Shown here: piece by piece, positions 52,718 through 64,000 of the stretch | Layout: each line of letters begins with the position of its first letter | Numbering within the stretch: position 1 is the first letter of the stretch | NCBI GenBank assembly: GCA_963735595.1 | Contig: CAVTLK010000005.1 | Coordinates: 160,001 to 224,000, forward strand | Source: an uncultured delta proteobacterium | GTDB taxonomy: Bacteria; Desulfobacterota; Zymogenia; Zymogenales; Zymogenaceae | Length of the DNA: 64,000 nucleotides | Direction: 5' to 3' | Program-made: the position numbers and the translations under genes | The notes under the pieces: model-generated | Told to the model about the DNA's origin: nothing | Seen by the model: only the letters and a program-made list of their open reading frames with translations | Database searches by the model: none

Positions 52718-55383
52718 TCACGAGGTCATGGTCGGCCGCTTGTTCCTGGAAAGCCTCGTCTTAGTCTCTTCATCGGGGGTGGGGCGCGATCCCGTCCAGC
52801 TGAACGATTCCAGCGCCCCGGGATTGAGGATATGGTCGGGCCGCCGGCCATCGAGGAGCTGTGTGAGCTCTTCTGCCGCTATGGCGCCCTGATGGGCGGC
52901 GGTCTCGGCAGTGTTGCCCCCGATGTGCGGCGTGGCAATCACGTTCGGCCGGCTTACGATCGCATCGTCGGAGGCCGGTGGCTCTACCGAAAAGACGTCC
53001 AGCGCCGCCCCGGCAAGCCGCCCCGATTCGAGGGATTCCCGAAGGGCCTCGTCGCTGACGAGAGAGGCCCTGGCCGTGTTGATGAAGAAGGCTCCCTTCT
53101 TCATCCGGGCGAACGCTTCCCTGCTCATCATCCCTTTCGTCGACTCAATGGCCGGTGCATGGAGGCTGACGAAATCGCTTTCGGAAAGGAGCTCGTCCAT
53201 CGTAACCTTCCGCGCGGACAGCAGGGCTCCCGCCCCCTCGTCAACGGTGGGGTCGAAATATATCACCCGGGCGCCGAAGGCCGTAACCCTCCGGGCCACG
53301 GCGGCGCCCACGCTCCCCAGCCCGATCAGCCCGACGGTCTTCCTCCAGAGCTCGTTACCCTGGTAGGCAAGATACGCCTCTCCCATCCGCGCCATATCCC
53401 CCGCCTCGATACCTCCCGTCTTGAGGAAATCTGCGGAGGCCGGCATCCTTCTTGCCAGCATCACCATGAATGCCACCGTCAGATCCGCCACGGCGTCGCT
53501 GTTTCTGCCGGGGGTGTTGACCACCGGTATCCCGAATGCGGTGGCGGCCTGGATATCGACGTTGACCGCATTGCCGCGGCAGCAGACGATCATCCGCAGG
53601 TCGGCGGCGTCGCGTATCGCCTCGTAATCGACGATATCCATCTCGGTAATCAATACGTGAACCCCGGCCAGGGCGCCGCTGAGCTTCTGCCCGCCGTCGT
53701 ATATAGTCATCGTCGAGCGCCAGTCGCCGTAGGTTACATCCCCGAGCTTTCGCAGCGCCTCGAGGGCACGGTCGTCCATGGAGGCCGTAACGAGGATCCT
53801 GGGGCGAAACGAGGGGTCGGCGGCGCGGGCGGCCGCGGGTGATGCCTCGAAGAGCGACATCGTGAGGAGGTTTCCGATTTCCTGGTCGGCTTCGCGCCGC
53901 TTATCGTGGGCCTGACGCCACCCCGTGTAGAGGCTTTGATATTTCGGCGAAGCGCCGGTTGGTTGATGCTCCCGAACTATTTGTGTAACGCCGCGGGCGC
54001 CAGCCGCCGAATCGGGAAAGATCCCGGCCCCAACGCCGGCGAGTATCGCCGCGCCCAGGGCGCTCGCTTCATGGGTTTTCGGCACGTGAACCGGCACTCC
54101 CGTCACGTCGCTGATGATGCCGGTCCAGAGAGCATTCCGGGACATCCCGCCGGTGACCGTGATCCTTTCGACGGAGCGGCCCGAAACGGCGGCGATCTGC
54201 TCGAGATTGGCGCGGACGGAATAAGCGATGCCTTCCAGGAGTGCCCGGGCGAAAGCCGACCGGCCACGGGTTGCGTCTTTCGTCACCATGTGGGAGAGCG
54301 AAAGGTTTCCCACGGGTATCCCGAGGATTCTTCCGTCGAAGATCGCCGCCCCGAGGGTCGAATAGATCCCCGAAGCCCCCGGAACCGAGCAGGCGGCCTC
54401 CGCACAGAGGGCGGCAACCGGATCGGCATAGCCTCCATACATGATCTGGGAAAACCAGTCTATGGCGTCACCGGTCATCATGCCGTTGCTCTCAAGGACG
54501 AAAAGGCCCGGCACGACGTGCTGCCCGCTCCAGAGACGGCCCTCGGGATCGATGATCAGCCGGTCGGTGACAAGCTGAAGCGGCATTGTCGTGCCCGCGA
54601 TCACCGCGAGCTCTCCGTCGCCGACGGCTCCCGCCCCGAGGAGGCCGCACTGGGTATCCGCGCCGCCGGCGGCCACCGGTATGCCGGGCACCAATCCCAA
54701 GACGTCCGCCGCCGCCTTGGTCAGCGAACCCAGACGGGCGCCCGGTTCTATCGTCCGGGGGAACAGGGAGACTGAAAGGCCCAGCGATTCGATAAGGTCG
54801 GCGGCCCACTCCCGCTTTTCCTGTGAGAAGAGGAGGGTTTCCCCGCCTGGGACCGCTCTGCGAAGACGGCGCCGGAAAGCCATAGTCCGACCCAGTCCGA
54901 GAGCGACAGGACAATGCGGGCCTTTTCGAACAGACCGGGGGCGTTGTTTTTCATCCAGAGGAGTCTCGTGCCCAGGAAGAGGGGGCTGGGCCAGTGGCCC
55001 GATACCTTGTGGACCTCGGCGCCGCGCTCCATTGCGAGGACCGCGCCCTCGCCGAGAGCGCGGGCATCACGATTCGGGGTTGCCATGAGGATAGTGTGGT
55101 CGGTGTCCAGCACGACGGTCGTGTTTCTCATGCTCGTTGCCGCGATGCCGACAACATCGCCGGGGGCGGCTTTCGACTTGGCAAGGGTATCCCGGACCGC
55201 CCGTCCGAGTTTTGTGATGATGTCCCCGGTGTCCAGGTCAAATCCGAGCCCGTTAGTGTTGGGTGCTACCGGATGAGTCCATGCCTGCTGCGCGGTCCAG
55301 ACCCCGCCGGAATCGGGGTCCAGGAGGAGGCAACGGCCCGACCCGCCGCCGACGTCCAGCGCCATAACGTATCTTTTTTTCAT
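52718..55383 (-). CDS. FGGY sugar kinase fused to D-2-hydroxyacid dehydrogenase (frameshift near 54850)
   Basis: 'LDVGGGSGR', 'GGADTQ', 'LLEGIAY', 'TGGMS', 'ASALGAA' then in frame 'GLIGLGSVG', 'INTAR', 'LDVF..EP', 'TPHIGG'. Confidence 0.85.
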
Positions 55384-55593
55384 AGACGTTGAGTCACTCC
55401 GATAAAGGGATCTGTTCGGGGTTTGCGCGGAGGTTTTCCCGCTGCTGCTTTACTCTATCAGAATGGTATGCCGATGACAATGGTTTTCTCGGGAGCGTGC
55501 CCGCCGAAACATTCCTCGAAAAGGTCCCGCATGTCATGCAGGCGCGCCACGGTGCCCCGCGCCGCAGACGCAGTCCTGCCGGTTCCCGCAGGA

Positions 55594-58500
55594 TTATCTC
55601 TTCAGTATTTCGACGATCTGCTTTTCGAGCTGGGTCAGCCGGGCGGGTTTTTGTACAAATCCGTCGATTCCGAGATTGACAATCTGGCCGGCCTGGCCGT
55701 TTTCACTGTATCCTGAGGTGACCAGGACCTTCAGTGCCGGATCAATCTCCCTGAGGGCCTCCAGGGTCTCTTTGCCCCCGAGGTTGGGCATGATCAGGTC
55801 CAGGACCACCAGGTCGATCGTGCCCTTGTGCTCTTTGAAACGCTCGATTCCTTCCAGCCCGTCCCGGGCAGTAATAACGCGGTATCCCTTCTGGGTGAGA
55901 AAATCATCCCACGTTTCCCGAACGACCGGCTCGTCGTCGATCAAAAGGATCGTTACCCCCGGCACAGAACGGCTCACCTCATGTTTTACGGGGCGCTCCT
56001 CTACCGCCGTCGTCGAGGCCGGGAAATAGAGCTTGAAGGAAGTCCCTTCGCCGAGCTCGGTGTAGACCGAGATGATGCCGCGGTGACTGCGAACGATCCC
56101 GTATACCGTGGCAAGGCCCATTCCCGTTCCACCTTTCTGCTGTTTTGTGCTAAAGAACGGCTCGAAGATATGGTCCCGAATCTCGGGTGAGATCCCTGTT
56201 CCCGTATCGGTGATCGTTACCACCACATGGGGGCCGGCAGCGGCGCCAAGGTGGGACTTAACAAAATCATCGTCCAGAATCTGATTGTGAGTCTCAATGA
56301 TGAGGCTGCCGCCTTTGGGCATGGCATCCCTTGCGTTGATGCAGAGGTTGAGAAGGCACTGCTCTATCTGGCTTACGTCCCCCTCCATCGTCATGAGGTA
56401 GGGGGAAAGGTGAGTCTGGATGTCTATCGCCTTATTGAGTGTGCCGACGACCAGCGGCAGAACCCTCTCGATGACCTGATTGAGCCTGACGGCCGTAAGA
56501 TTGAATCGGCCGCCCCGGGATATGCCCAGCATCTGTTTGGTAAGCTCGGAGGCGCGGACGGTGCCCTCGTGAATAACGGAGAGGGCCTTGTAATCGGGAT
56601 CGTCCGGTTTCTTCTTCATTATCAGGTATTCAGAGTACCCCATGATGCCTACCATGATGTTGTTGAAGTTGTGGGCGATTCCCCCGGCCATCGTGCCCAC
56701 CGCCTCCATTTTTTGGGATTGGATGAGCTGCTGCTCGAGTTTCAACCGTTCCGTGATATCCTTGAGCGTTCCCTGAAAGCCGACGATGGTGTTACCCTTC
56801 CGCTGAAGGGTGACGTACCCCTCGACCGTTCGCTCCTGACCGTCCTTTCCGGCAAACGAGTACCTGAAACCTCGCAAGGGTTCTCCGGTCTTGTACAGGG
56901 TGTTATACGCTGTAAGTACCGTATCGGCCATTTCGGGGTTCATAAGGCTCCGGAAATTCGTTCCAATAAGCTCATCCCGCTGATAGCCGATGAGAAGTTC
57001 TCCGGCCCTATTGACGGAGGTGAAATTTCCGCGCAAGTCGACCGTAAACAGCGTATCGAGTGAATTCTCAAAGAGGGTACGGTGTTGTTCCTCGGATTCC
57101 TGTAAAGCCGTTTCGGCGCTTTTTCGCTCGCTGGCCTCCATTGCCAGAGCAATCGTATCGGATAGGGACGCTGCAAATTCCTGCTCTTCCGGTGACCAGC
57201 GCCGAACCGACCCGGTGTGTTCAAGACACAGGGCGCCTATCAGGGCGCCGCGGAGCCGGATCGGGACATCAATCATGGACTGAATATCAAGGGGGGCAAG
57301 GTAAGTCTCGGCAAACTCACCGGTGCGCTCATCGGCCATCGCGTTGTCGGCCGCGATGAGGCGGCTCTGGTCCAGCGCGGAAAAATATCGGGGATACGAG
57401 GCGGAATCGAGCCGATCTCCCGCCTCATGGGTGCCCTCCGCTGATTTATAGAGGTCCATGAGCACCAGATGGGTTCGGCCTTCATCGAAGAGCCAGATTC
57501 CGGCCCGCTCTGTCGGGAGGGTCCCTGCGGCGATTTCGACTATTCTCGAAAACGCCGCCGACAGGTCGGAGAGGTCGGTCTTCGCCAGATCAAGGAGCGT
57601 CGTCTGATACCGGATGATCCTTCGGTTTTTCTCGTCCTTTTCCTCCTCGGCCTGTTTCCGTTCGCTTATATCCTGCACGTACACGAGAACCGCCGGACGT
57701 CCTTCCCACTCGATGAGGACTCCGGTGCCCTCAGCCCATTTGGGGGCGCCGCTCCCGGTGATGATACGGTACTGACTGGGGTAGGTTTGCCCATCACCAG
57801 TCATCTTACGCTCGTATTCACTGGCCAGAAGCGGGATATCTTCAGGGTGTATCATGTCCGAAAAGGGTCTCCCGAGTATTTCGCCCGGGGTGTACCCGAT
57901 CATGTCGAGCGCCGAGGGGTTGAGATACCTGAACAGCCCGTCCTGGACCACGGCTATTCCCTCGTTCGCGTTCTCAACCGCAGCGCGGTATTTCTCTTCC
58001 GATTGTCTCAAGGCCCGGTCGGTCAGCTTCTGCTCTTCGAGGAGCGTAACGTTCTCCCTCAGCGAGGTGACCTGCCTGACGCCCACGAGGAGGACTATGA
58101 CCCCGACCCAGATGATCAGGGCGGGAAACGTCATGGGTATGCGCCGGCCGCTGCTGAGCAGGAGGAGGAGGTATGCGGCCGCCAGCCAGACGAGGGGGAA
58201 ATAGATAACCCATGACGCCGTACCCTCGCCGGAGTCTTTGTCGGGGACCTGGTCCACGCGGGAGGCCGCCGATCTTCCAACCATATCGGCGTGCAGGAAG
58301 CCGGCTATTCCCGCGAAGAATACCGTAGCTGACCCAACCCATATCGAGGATGCCTCCCGCGTACGTCCCCGCCGTGGACTGGTAGCCGAAGACCGCGTCG
58401 GTCAGGACCTGAAGCCCGACGCCGGCAGCCAATAACCAGATGGGGCCCGCGGGCTGGTATTCCGACTTCCGTGATACGACGAAGAGGAGGGCGGTAATGA

Positions 58501-59057
58501 GAAGGAAATCGGCAACGGGGTAGGCCATGGAGAGGGCCATGGTCAGCATATCGCTTCCGCCCGTCTCCATAAGAGGGCCGATCCAGAAATACCAGAACAG
58601 CAGCATGCTGGCCAGCGTCACGATTCCCATATCCAGCGAGAGCCTGAACCACTCGCCGCCGTTCAAGCGCCTCATGGGAATCAGCAGGGCGCCCGCTATA
58701 AAGAGCGGGTAGTAGAGGAGATAGAACAGGTCGGCTATGGATGGGAAGGGACTGATCTTAAGGCCGAGTTCCAGTACAGTCCACAGGATATCGCCGATAA
58801 GCCAGCTTACGTGCGCGACGGCCAACAGTCCCCACGCAACCTGCAGCTCCTCGGGAACGAAGTCCGCTGCGGCGCGCGGCCCACCAGAGCCCCGCGATCG
58901 CCAGCAGCGTTTCGGCCGGGGCGGCCAGGGTGCTGAAGGACGAACTGAGGTCTTCATCGGTGATGATGAAAGTGATCATCGCCAGATGAATCAGAAAAAG
59001 CAGGGCGAAGAACACCAGTACGGATCGAAAAGTAACGAAACGGTATCCTGTCTTCAT
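55594..59057 (-). CDS. Hybrid histidine kinase (multi-TM sensor, PAS, GAF, PAS, HisKA, HATPase, REC), frameshifted
   Basis: TM region '[11 protein letters not shown]', 'YPVADF'; H-box 'AHNFNNIM'; 'GTGMGL'; receiver 'LDLIMP'. Confidence 0.9.
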
Positions 59058-59384
59058 TGACGGCATCCTCGGCCTCTCGTGGGGCAACGGAGTCGATCCT
59101 GTCGGGGGGCGAACCGTCCGACGAAACAAACGGTATAGTATAAACGCCGATGACCTGCTCTCGTGGGACGGCAAATTCATTGTAGTATCGAATTCAATTT
59201 TACGATACAACCGGGCCGATGTACAAGCAAAGTTTGATGGTAAAATAAAAAGGTTTTAGACGTTTAAATGTTTTATTGGTAGACTATGATAGGAAATGCG
59301 GTTGAGGCGTATCTCAGGAAAAAATGACGGGGTCGGCATCTTTTTCCTTGACAATCGGCGGCAATAATAGTTTTATGTAGGATA

Positions 59385-59413
59385 GTACGATACTAGTACT
59401 ACTAGTCTCGTAC
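59385..59413. promoter_or_regulatory. Probable MarR operator
   Basis: GTACGATACTAGTA-C-TACTAGTCTCGTAC (14-bp arms, one mismatch) just downstream of TTGACA at 59348. Confidence 0.7.
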
Positions 59414-59447
59414 ATTCATCACTCATTATCCTGGAGGGGGTCCTTCT

Positions 59448-59916
59448 ATGGGGATGAACGTGAAATACGAGGGGTCGTTTTTAATAACCCGCATCCATCA
59501 GACGTCCGGAAGGATTTTTGAAACGATCCTTAGGAAGTACGACCTCTCGGAAATCTCACCCGCGCAGGGGAGAGTCCTTTTCGCCCTCTGGAAGAACGAC
59601 AATGTGCCTATCCAGGAATTGGCCAGACAGACGTCCCTGTCAAAATCCACCCTCACCGCCATGATTGACCGGCTGGAGGAGCAGGGATTTATAGCGCGGG
59701 TCCCCTCGGAGCAGGGATCGACGCGAAATCCTTATCCGGCTGACCGAGAAGGACAGGTCGCTGCAGGACACGTATGCAACGGTATCCGAGGAGATGGCTG
59801 GTATCATCCTATCCGGGTTTGCCGGAACCGAGATCAGGGATCTCGAGGAAAAACTCAGGCGTATCCTGAAAAACCTCTCGGACCATGAAGAGCAGGCGCG
59901 GCGGGCTGTGCAGTAG
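59448..59916 (+). CDS. MarR-family regulator (one frameshift)
   Basis: 'QGRVLFAL..IQELA..SKSTLTAMIDRLEEQGFI' then DRR..IRLTEK in a shifted frame. Confidence 0.88.
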
Positions 59917-59940
59917 CTGCGGCTCAAAGGTGGTACTCGT

Positions 59941-60765
59941 ATGGAACAGCAATACCCAATCATCGACGCCTGGATGCAACACCCGACGATGCGGTTCATC
60001 AACCAGCCGATGTTCGACTCCCTGCGCCGGTGGACGGGGACGGGGCCGATAGAGGCGGAGATACCGGCAGACGTCACAATCGGGATTATGGATCAGGCGG
60101 GGGTGCGCATGGGACTCATCTGTGCGTGGGAGGGGCCGCAGGGATCGCTGATCTCCAACGACGAAACGGCTGCCCTCGTGTCGGCACACCCGGATCGATT
60201 TGCCGGCGTGGCCTCGGTCAATCTCTACCGGCCGATGGAGGCGGTCAGGGAGCTGAGGCGATGCGTTACCGATCACGGATTCCGGGCCCTACGAATCGTC
60301 CAGTGGCTCTGGAACCTTCCGCCAACCGATCGCCGGTACTACCCGCTTTTTGCGGCGTGCGTCGATCTGGGGATTCCGGTATGCCTTCAGGTCGGGCATA
60401 CGGGGCCGCTGTGCCCGTCCGAGCCGGGCAGGCCGATCCCCTACATTGACGAAGCGGCCCTTGATTTCCCGGAGCTCGTGTTCGTCTGCGGTCACATCGG
60501 CTATCCCTGGACGATGGAGATGATAGCGGTTGCTACCAAGCACGAGAACGTATTCATCGACACGTCCGCGTACACCGCGAAGCGGTTCCCGCCCGAGCTG
60601 GTTACCTATATGAAGAAAAACGGCAGGAAGAAAGTCCTCTTCGGCACGAATTACCCGATGATAACGGCATCACAGTGCCTGGCCGATCTCGATTCCCTCG
60701 ATCTCGATGAGGAGAGCAAACAGCTCTTTCTCTCCGAGAACGCGCGGCGCGTCTTCAAACTGTAA
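59941..60765 (+). CDS. Amidohydrolase family 2 protein
   Basis: 'IIDAWMQH', 'GHIGYPW', 'IDTSAY', 'LFGTNYP'. Confidence 0.88.
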   Translation: MEQQYPIIDAWMQHPTMRFINQPMFDSLRRWTGTGPIEAEIPADVTIGIMDQAGVRMGLICAWEGPQGSLISNDETAALVSAHPDRFAGVASVNLYRPMEAVRELRRCVTDHGFRALRIVQWLWNLPPTDRRYYPLFAACVDLGIPVCLQVGHTGPLCPSEPGRPIPYIDEAALDFPELVFVCGHIGYPWTMEMIAVATKHENVFIDTSAYTAKRFPPELVTYMKKNGRKKVLFGTNYPMITASQCLADLDSLDLDEESKQLFLSENARRVFKL

Positions 60766-60787
60766 TAGTCCCGTCTTAGGAGGAGGC

Positions 60788-61870
60788 ATGGAAACCTACG
60801 AACGACTGCAGGAGATCCTGGATTCACACCCGACGGGGGCGCCCAAATCGGCGGCCTTCGACGAAATTCTGAGGATTCTTTTCACACCGGAGGAGGCGGC
60901 CCTGGCGGTGCAGATGAGCTTTGCGTTCAGGAGCGTGGCTAACCTCGCAGCCAGGTCCGGTCAGACCGAGGAGGCCGCGGGGCGGCTCCTGGAGGGGATG
61001 GCCGATAAGGCCATAATCCAGAGCCGTACAAAAGACGGGACAGCCTCCTACGCGCTGCTGCCGACTATCCCCGGCCTCTTCGAGTTTCCCTTCATGAAGG
61101 GTGGAGGGGAGCCGATTCACGAGAAACTGGGCAAGCTCTGGCAGCAGTATCACCACGAGGCCCTCGGCTCCGAATTTGCCGGCACCGACACGCCGCTCAT
61201 GCGCGTCGTGCCCGTTGAGGAGACCATAGAAGACAAGGGCGGCGTGCTCCCCTACGAGCGGGCCCGGTCGCTGGTCGACGGCGCTTCGTATATCGCCGTG
61301 ACCGAGTGCGCGTGCCGGGTGAGCGTTAACGCGTGCGACAAGCCGCGGGAGGTGTGCCTCGTTTTCGGTCCTACGGCCAAATTCCTTGTCGAGCGTGGAT
61401 ACGCCCGGGCGATCGAAAAAGAGGAGGCCTGCGGCGTGCTCAAGACGGCCGCGGACGCGGGCCTTGTTCACACCTCCAATAACAGCGCCGACCGGGGGAA
61501 TTTGATCTGCAACTGCTGCCCCTGCTGTTGCACGGTGCTCCGGGGCCGGACCGAGCTTAATATACCGCACGCGTTTGCCCCCAGCGCCTTTCTGGCCACC
61601 GTCGACGCCGATCTCTGCACGGGCTGCGGCATCTGCAGGGACGAGCGGTGTCCGATGGAGGCAATCGAGATAGAAAATGACGTGGCGCGGATAACGGCCG
61701 ACCGCTGCATCGGCTGCGGGGTCTGCGTGGCCGATTGCCCGACGGGTGCGATATCCCTCACTCCCCGCGAAAAGCGGCCGGAGATCGCCCCTACCATCAG
61801 GGATATGGGTATGACGATTCTTGAGAAAAAAGGAAAGCTGGCGAGGTTTATCGAGATCATGAAGGAGTGA
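60788..61870 (+). CDS. 4Fe-4S dicluster-binding protein with N-terminal winged-helix-like region
   Basis: 'CACR', 'ICNCCPCCC', 'CTGCGIC...CP', 'CIGCGVCVADCP'. Confidence 0.88.
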   Translation: METYERLQEILDSHPTGAPKSAAFDEILRILFTPEEAALAVQMSFAFRSVANLAARSGQTEEAAGRLLEGMADKAIIQSRTKDGTASYALLPTIPGLFEFPFMKGGGEPIHEKLGKLWQQYHHEALGSEFAGTDTPLMRVVPVEETIEDKGGVLPYERARSLVDGASYIAVTECACRVSVNACDKPREVCLVFGPTAKFLVERGYARAIEKEEACGVLKTAADAGLVHTSNNSADRGNLICNCCPCCCTVLRGRTELNIPHAFAPSAFLATVDADLCTGCGICRDERCPMEAIEIENDVARITADRCIGCGVCVADCPTGAISLTPREKRPEIAPTIRDMGMTILEKKGKLARFIEIMKE

Positions 61871-61959
61871 CGGCAGGCCGCGCCGTGTATGGGGTATCGG
61901 GTTATCGCACATATGGGGGGGATGAGGGGAGCCGCTCGTCCGCGCGATCGGGGCGGCCG

Positions 61960-64000
61960 TCAGGCCGGTAGATGGTCCGGCCCGCTGCGCTGTCTCATCT
62001 GGATCTGCCGTATCGTTTCCTTGGCCCGGTTAACCATGACCGTATCGGCTTTCGTGATGAACTCCGACAGACCCGGCAGCACCCTGTTTGTGCCGACTTT
62101 CCAGAGGGCCTTGAGAACGGCGGTCTGAAGGATATAGTCCGGCTCTCTTTTCCTGATTACGGGCGTAATCTTCTCAAGGATTTTCCTGCCCAATTTCTTC
62201 TCGGGCAGCACCTGATCGAGGAGGACTTCCTCGACCGTTCTGCCGTCGCCCACGGATCGGTTTCCGACGGCCGATAGCGCGCCGATCGTCTCGACCTTTA
62301 GCTCGGACAGGTCTTTCTTCCGCGCGGGGAATGTCTCCTCCTCGAGGGCGAGTGTCGTGACCAGCGCCGAAATAACCCTCGGGGACGTGAGGGGAATACC
62401 GCCGATACACATGACGGCGCGGCGGCGGACACCCAGGTCGGGGTCGAACAACGCCTTGACGAGCTTAGGCTCGGATGCCGGTCCCTCCAGGACGCAGGTC
62501 GTGGCAACGGCCTCCTCGCGCACCCGCGGATTGTCGTGGGAAAGGAACCGGTTCACCAGCAGCGACTCGTCGGGGCTTCCCCAGGTGCGAAAATGCCAGC
62601 AAGGCGTTTCGATAGACATACCATTGATTGCCCGTGGCCGAAAGAATCTTGATTATCGCGGTTCGCCCGGCTTCCCCCATGCCGCTCAGGGTTTCGACGG
62701 CGGTCCTTCGCGCGTTTTGGTTCTTGCTCTCGACAATGACGTGGATGAGGATCGAAACCCCGGCAGGTCCCAGTACCTTCACGATCCGCTGGATCGTGCC
62801 CCGCGCCTCCTTTGTTGCTTCCTCGAATAGACCTCCCAGTATATCGAATGGAATCCTTCCAGACGAATTGAATCGGCGTGCGCAGGGGAATAAGCTCGCT
62901 ATTCCGATATTCAGGGCGATCGGTAAATTTGGCGGATATCGCCTTGTTGAAAAGCGAGATAAGGTCGTATTGCCGCTGCTCCAGGAGGAAGGGAAGTATG
63001 CGCCTGAAGAACCGCAGGAACAGCAATACCTCGTCCTGCTTGTCGGCGCCGGCAAACCTCTCAATGTAGAAGTCGTGGTTTTCCTGGTAGTCCTTTACCA
63101 GCAGGAGGGTGTTAACGTGATCCTTGACCATGTCGGGCAGCTCATCAAACGTCAATATCTCCTGAAAATAGAGCTGCTCGAAAAACGTGTTGCTTGCGTC
63201 CATCTTTTCGTTAAGAACGCGGGTTGAGATCCACTTCAGGATCCGCTTTACGCTCTCCAGCCGGTTGGCCAATCCCTTGTGGCCCGGTTTGTGGACCAAC
63301 TCCTCCTTGAGCCGCGTGAGCTCTTCAAAGACGTATTGAGATGTAGGCAACAGGATCTCCATCGGAAAGGTCTTGACGATGGTCTGTTCGAGATCCTCCG
63401 CGTCGACGGCCGCCACGTTCCGGGCGATAACGTGTGCGTTAACAACGATATCCTTGAGCATGTGGGGCTCGCGCAGCGGTCGCATGATGTCCCGTATGAT
63501 GTGGATCTTGATTTCCTGAATCTCCTCGGGCGTCTTATCTTTGAAGAGCGGCAGCACCTTGAGGTCTTTGGCCAATCGCTGAATGGCCATTTCTACCCGC
63601 CAGGGGAGCTTGAGCTCGAAGATGATCATGTCGTCCACGAATATCGCGGAGACCTCGGTGATTCCTTTCTCGACCAGGGCCGAAGTCAGGAGGTTGCCGA
63701 CTTCCCCCTCCACCCCCCGGTCGCGTACGGGATCGCTCATTATATCGATAAAATCCTCAAAATGGGCCAGGGGCAGGCCCCGCTTTATCGAGAAGCTGAC
63801 GAGGTTTTTTCGGCTGAAATAGTCCTTTAATTTGGGCATATATATCTCGGCCTGCTCGATCCCGATGAGCCCCCTGAGGCTCACCTGATCGTCAAGAATG
63901 CCCGAGATCAGCACGTCAAACCGCCCCTGTGATTCCTGACTGGTGAGAGTGACGTCGGGCCGGTCACCGACGGCCGTCTTGAATTCAGTATAGATACCTT
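61960..64000 (-). CDS. Large HEAT-repeat protein (5'-truncated, frameshifted)
   Basis: 'QWYVYRNA', 'HDNPRVREEAV', 'DPDLGVRRRAV'. Confidence 0.75.

Overview
GC-rich bacterial chromosomal segment. The gene content (tungstate/molybdate handling, CCG-domain and DUF362 Fe-S proteins, PAS-rich hybrid kinases, sigma-54 promoter, lipid A-type acyltransferases) suggests an anaerobic diderm, probably Deltaproteobacteria/Desulfobacterota-like; this is inference only. About 50 genes plus a tRNA-Arg(TCG) are supportable. Roughly half the genes, including housekeeping ychF and ftsB, are split by single-base indels. This points to an unpolished long-read assembly rather than real pseudogenisation, so many coordinates below are reconstructed across frameshifts and approximate. 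I found no CRISPR array, transposase, integrase or phage gene. Best candidates for undescribed biology: (1) a 48-codon membrane micro-protein missed by the ORF track, with an in-frame UGA (UxxxxxC) followed by a SECIS-like hairpin; (2) a P3-less Moco/Wco riboswitch upstream of an orphan tupA that appears to act through a translationally coupled 42-codon leader ORF and an RBS-masking helix; (3) an exported-protein cluster of a Tat-type AMMECR1/alpha-barrel protein, a secreted protein with a ~175-residue poly-Asp tail, and a sigma-54-driven transglutaminase-like protein; (4) an FGGY kinase::2-hydroxyacid dehydrogenase fusion with a class II aldolase; (5) a fully membrane-anchored FHA/Hanks kinase-propeller/PP2C module; (6) a degenerate tRNA-Arg 3' half 2 kb downstream of the intact tRNA.
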